From assembly GCF_009914755.1 (NCBI RefSeq), contig NC_060925.1: a DNA stretch of 64,000 nucleotides. One strand, 5' to 3'. Under the pieces are notes generated by a model. That model saw nothing but the letters and a program-made list of their open reading frames with translations, was not told where the DNA came from and did not search any database. Source of the stretch: the human T2T-CHM13v2.0 reference genome, Homo sapiens. This document shows positions 63,809 through 64,000 of this stretch, in pieces. Each line of letters starts with the position of its first letter. Position 1 is the first letter of the stretch. Both the position numbers and the translations under genes were made by a program.

Positions 63809-64000
63809 CTATAAATAAAGAATATACATATGTATATTCCTTATTTTTGGGAAATAAGGTACATGTATTAGTCTATTTCTTCAGAGAAACAGAACCAATA
63901 AGGAATTTATATATATATCATATATATTCCTTGTTTTTTATTTATATACATTATATATATATATATATGGAATAATATTCATGATGGTTAATTTTATATG

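Overview
This is AT-rich primate (human-like) genomic DNA, intergenic or deep intronic, and I estimate by eye that about 70% of it is interspersed repeat. I can support no cellular protein-coding exon, tRNA/rRNA gene or CpG island. Almost every ORF in the track is repeat-derived or spurious. Main elements: the 5' part of an old L1 (1-2326, -); an L1MA-type element (14.0-20.6 kb, -) interrupted by a full MSTA MaLR; a full THE1 MaLR (24.8-27.0 kb, +) that keeps a 326-codon open frame; a 5'-inverted L1PA7-like insertion; an old L1M (32.5-38.1 kb, +); a Tigger3 carrying a MER66-like solo LTR; a 6.6 kb MER51-like ERV1 provirus (-) with a tRNA-Arg PBS and env remnants; a full-length L1PA13-like element with target-site duplications (TSDs); six Alus; and many MIR/L2/MLT/MER relics. 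Subfamily names come from recalled consensus sequences and need RepeatMasker/Dfam confirmation. I found no convincing novel biological system. The most notable observations are a young 110-bp inverted templated insertion inside the ERV, loss of the poly(A) signal from the ERV 3' LTR only, a palindrome-rich rearranged MLT2 end, the long THE1 ORF with DUX4-type sites, a recursive-splice-like motif, and a few transcription-factor motif clusters in repeat-poor DNA.
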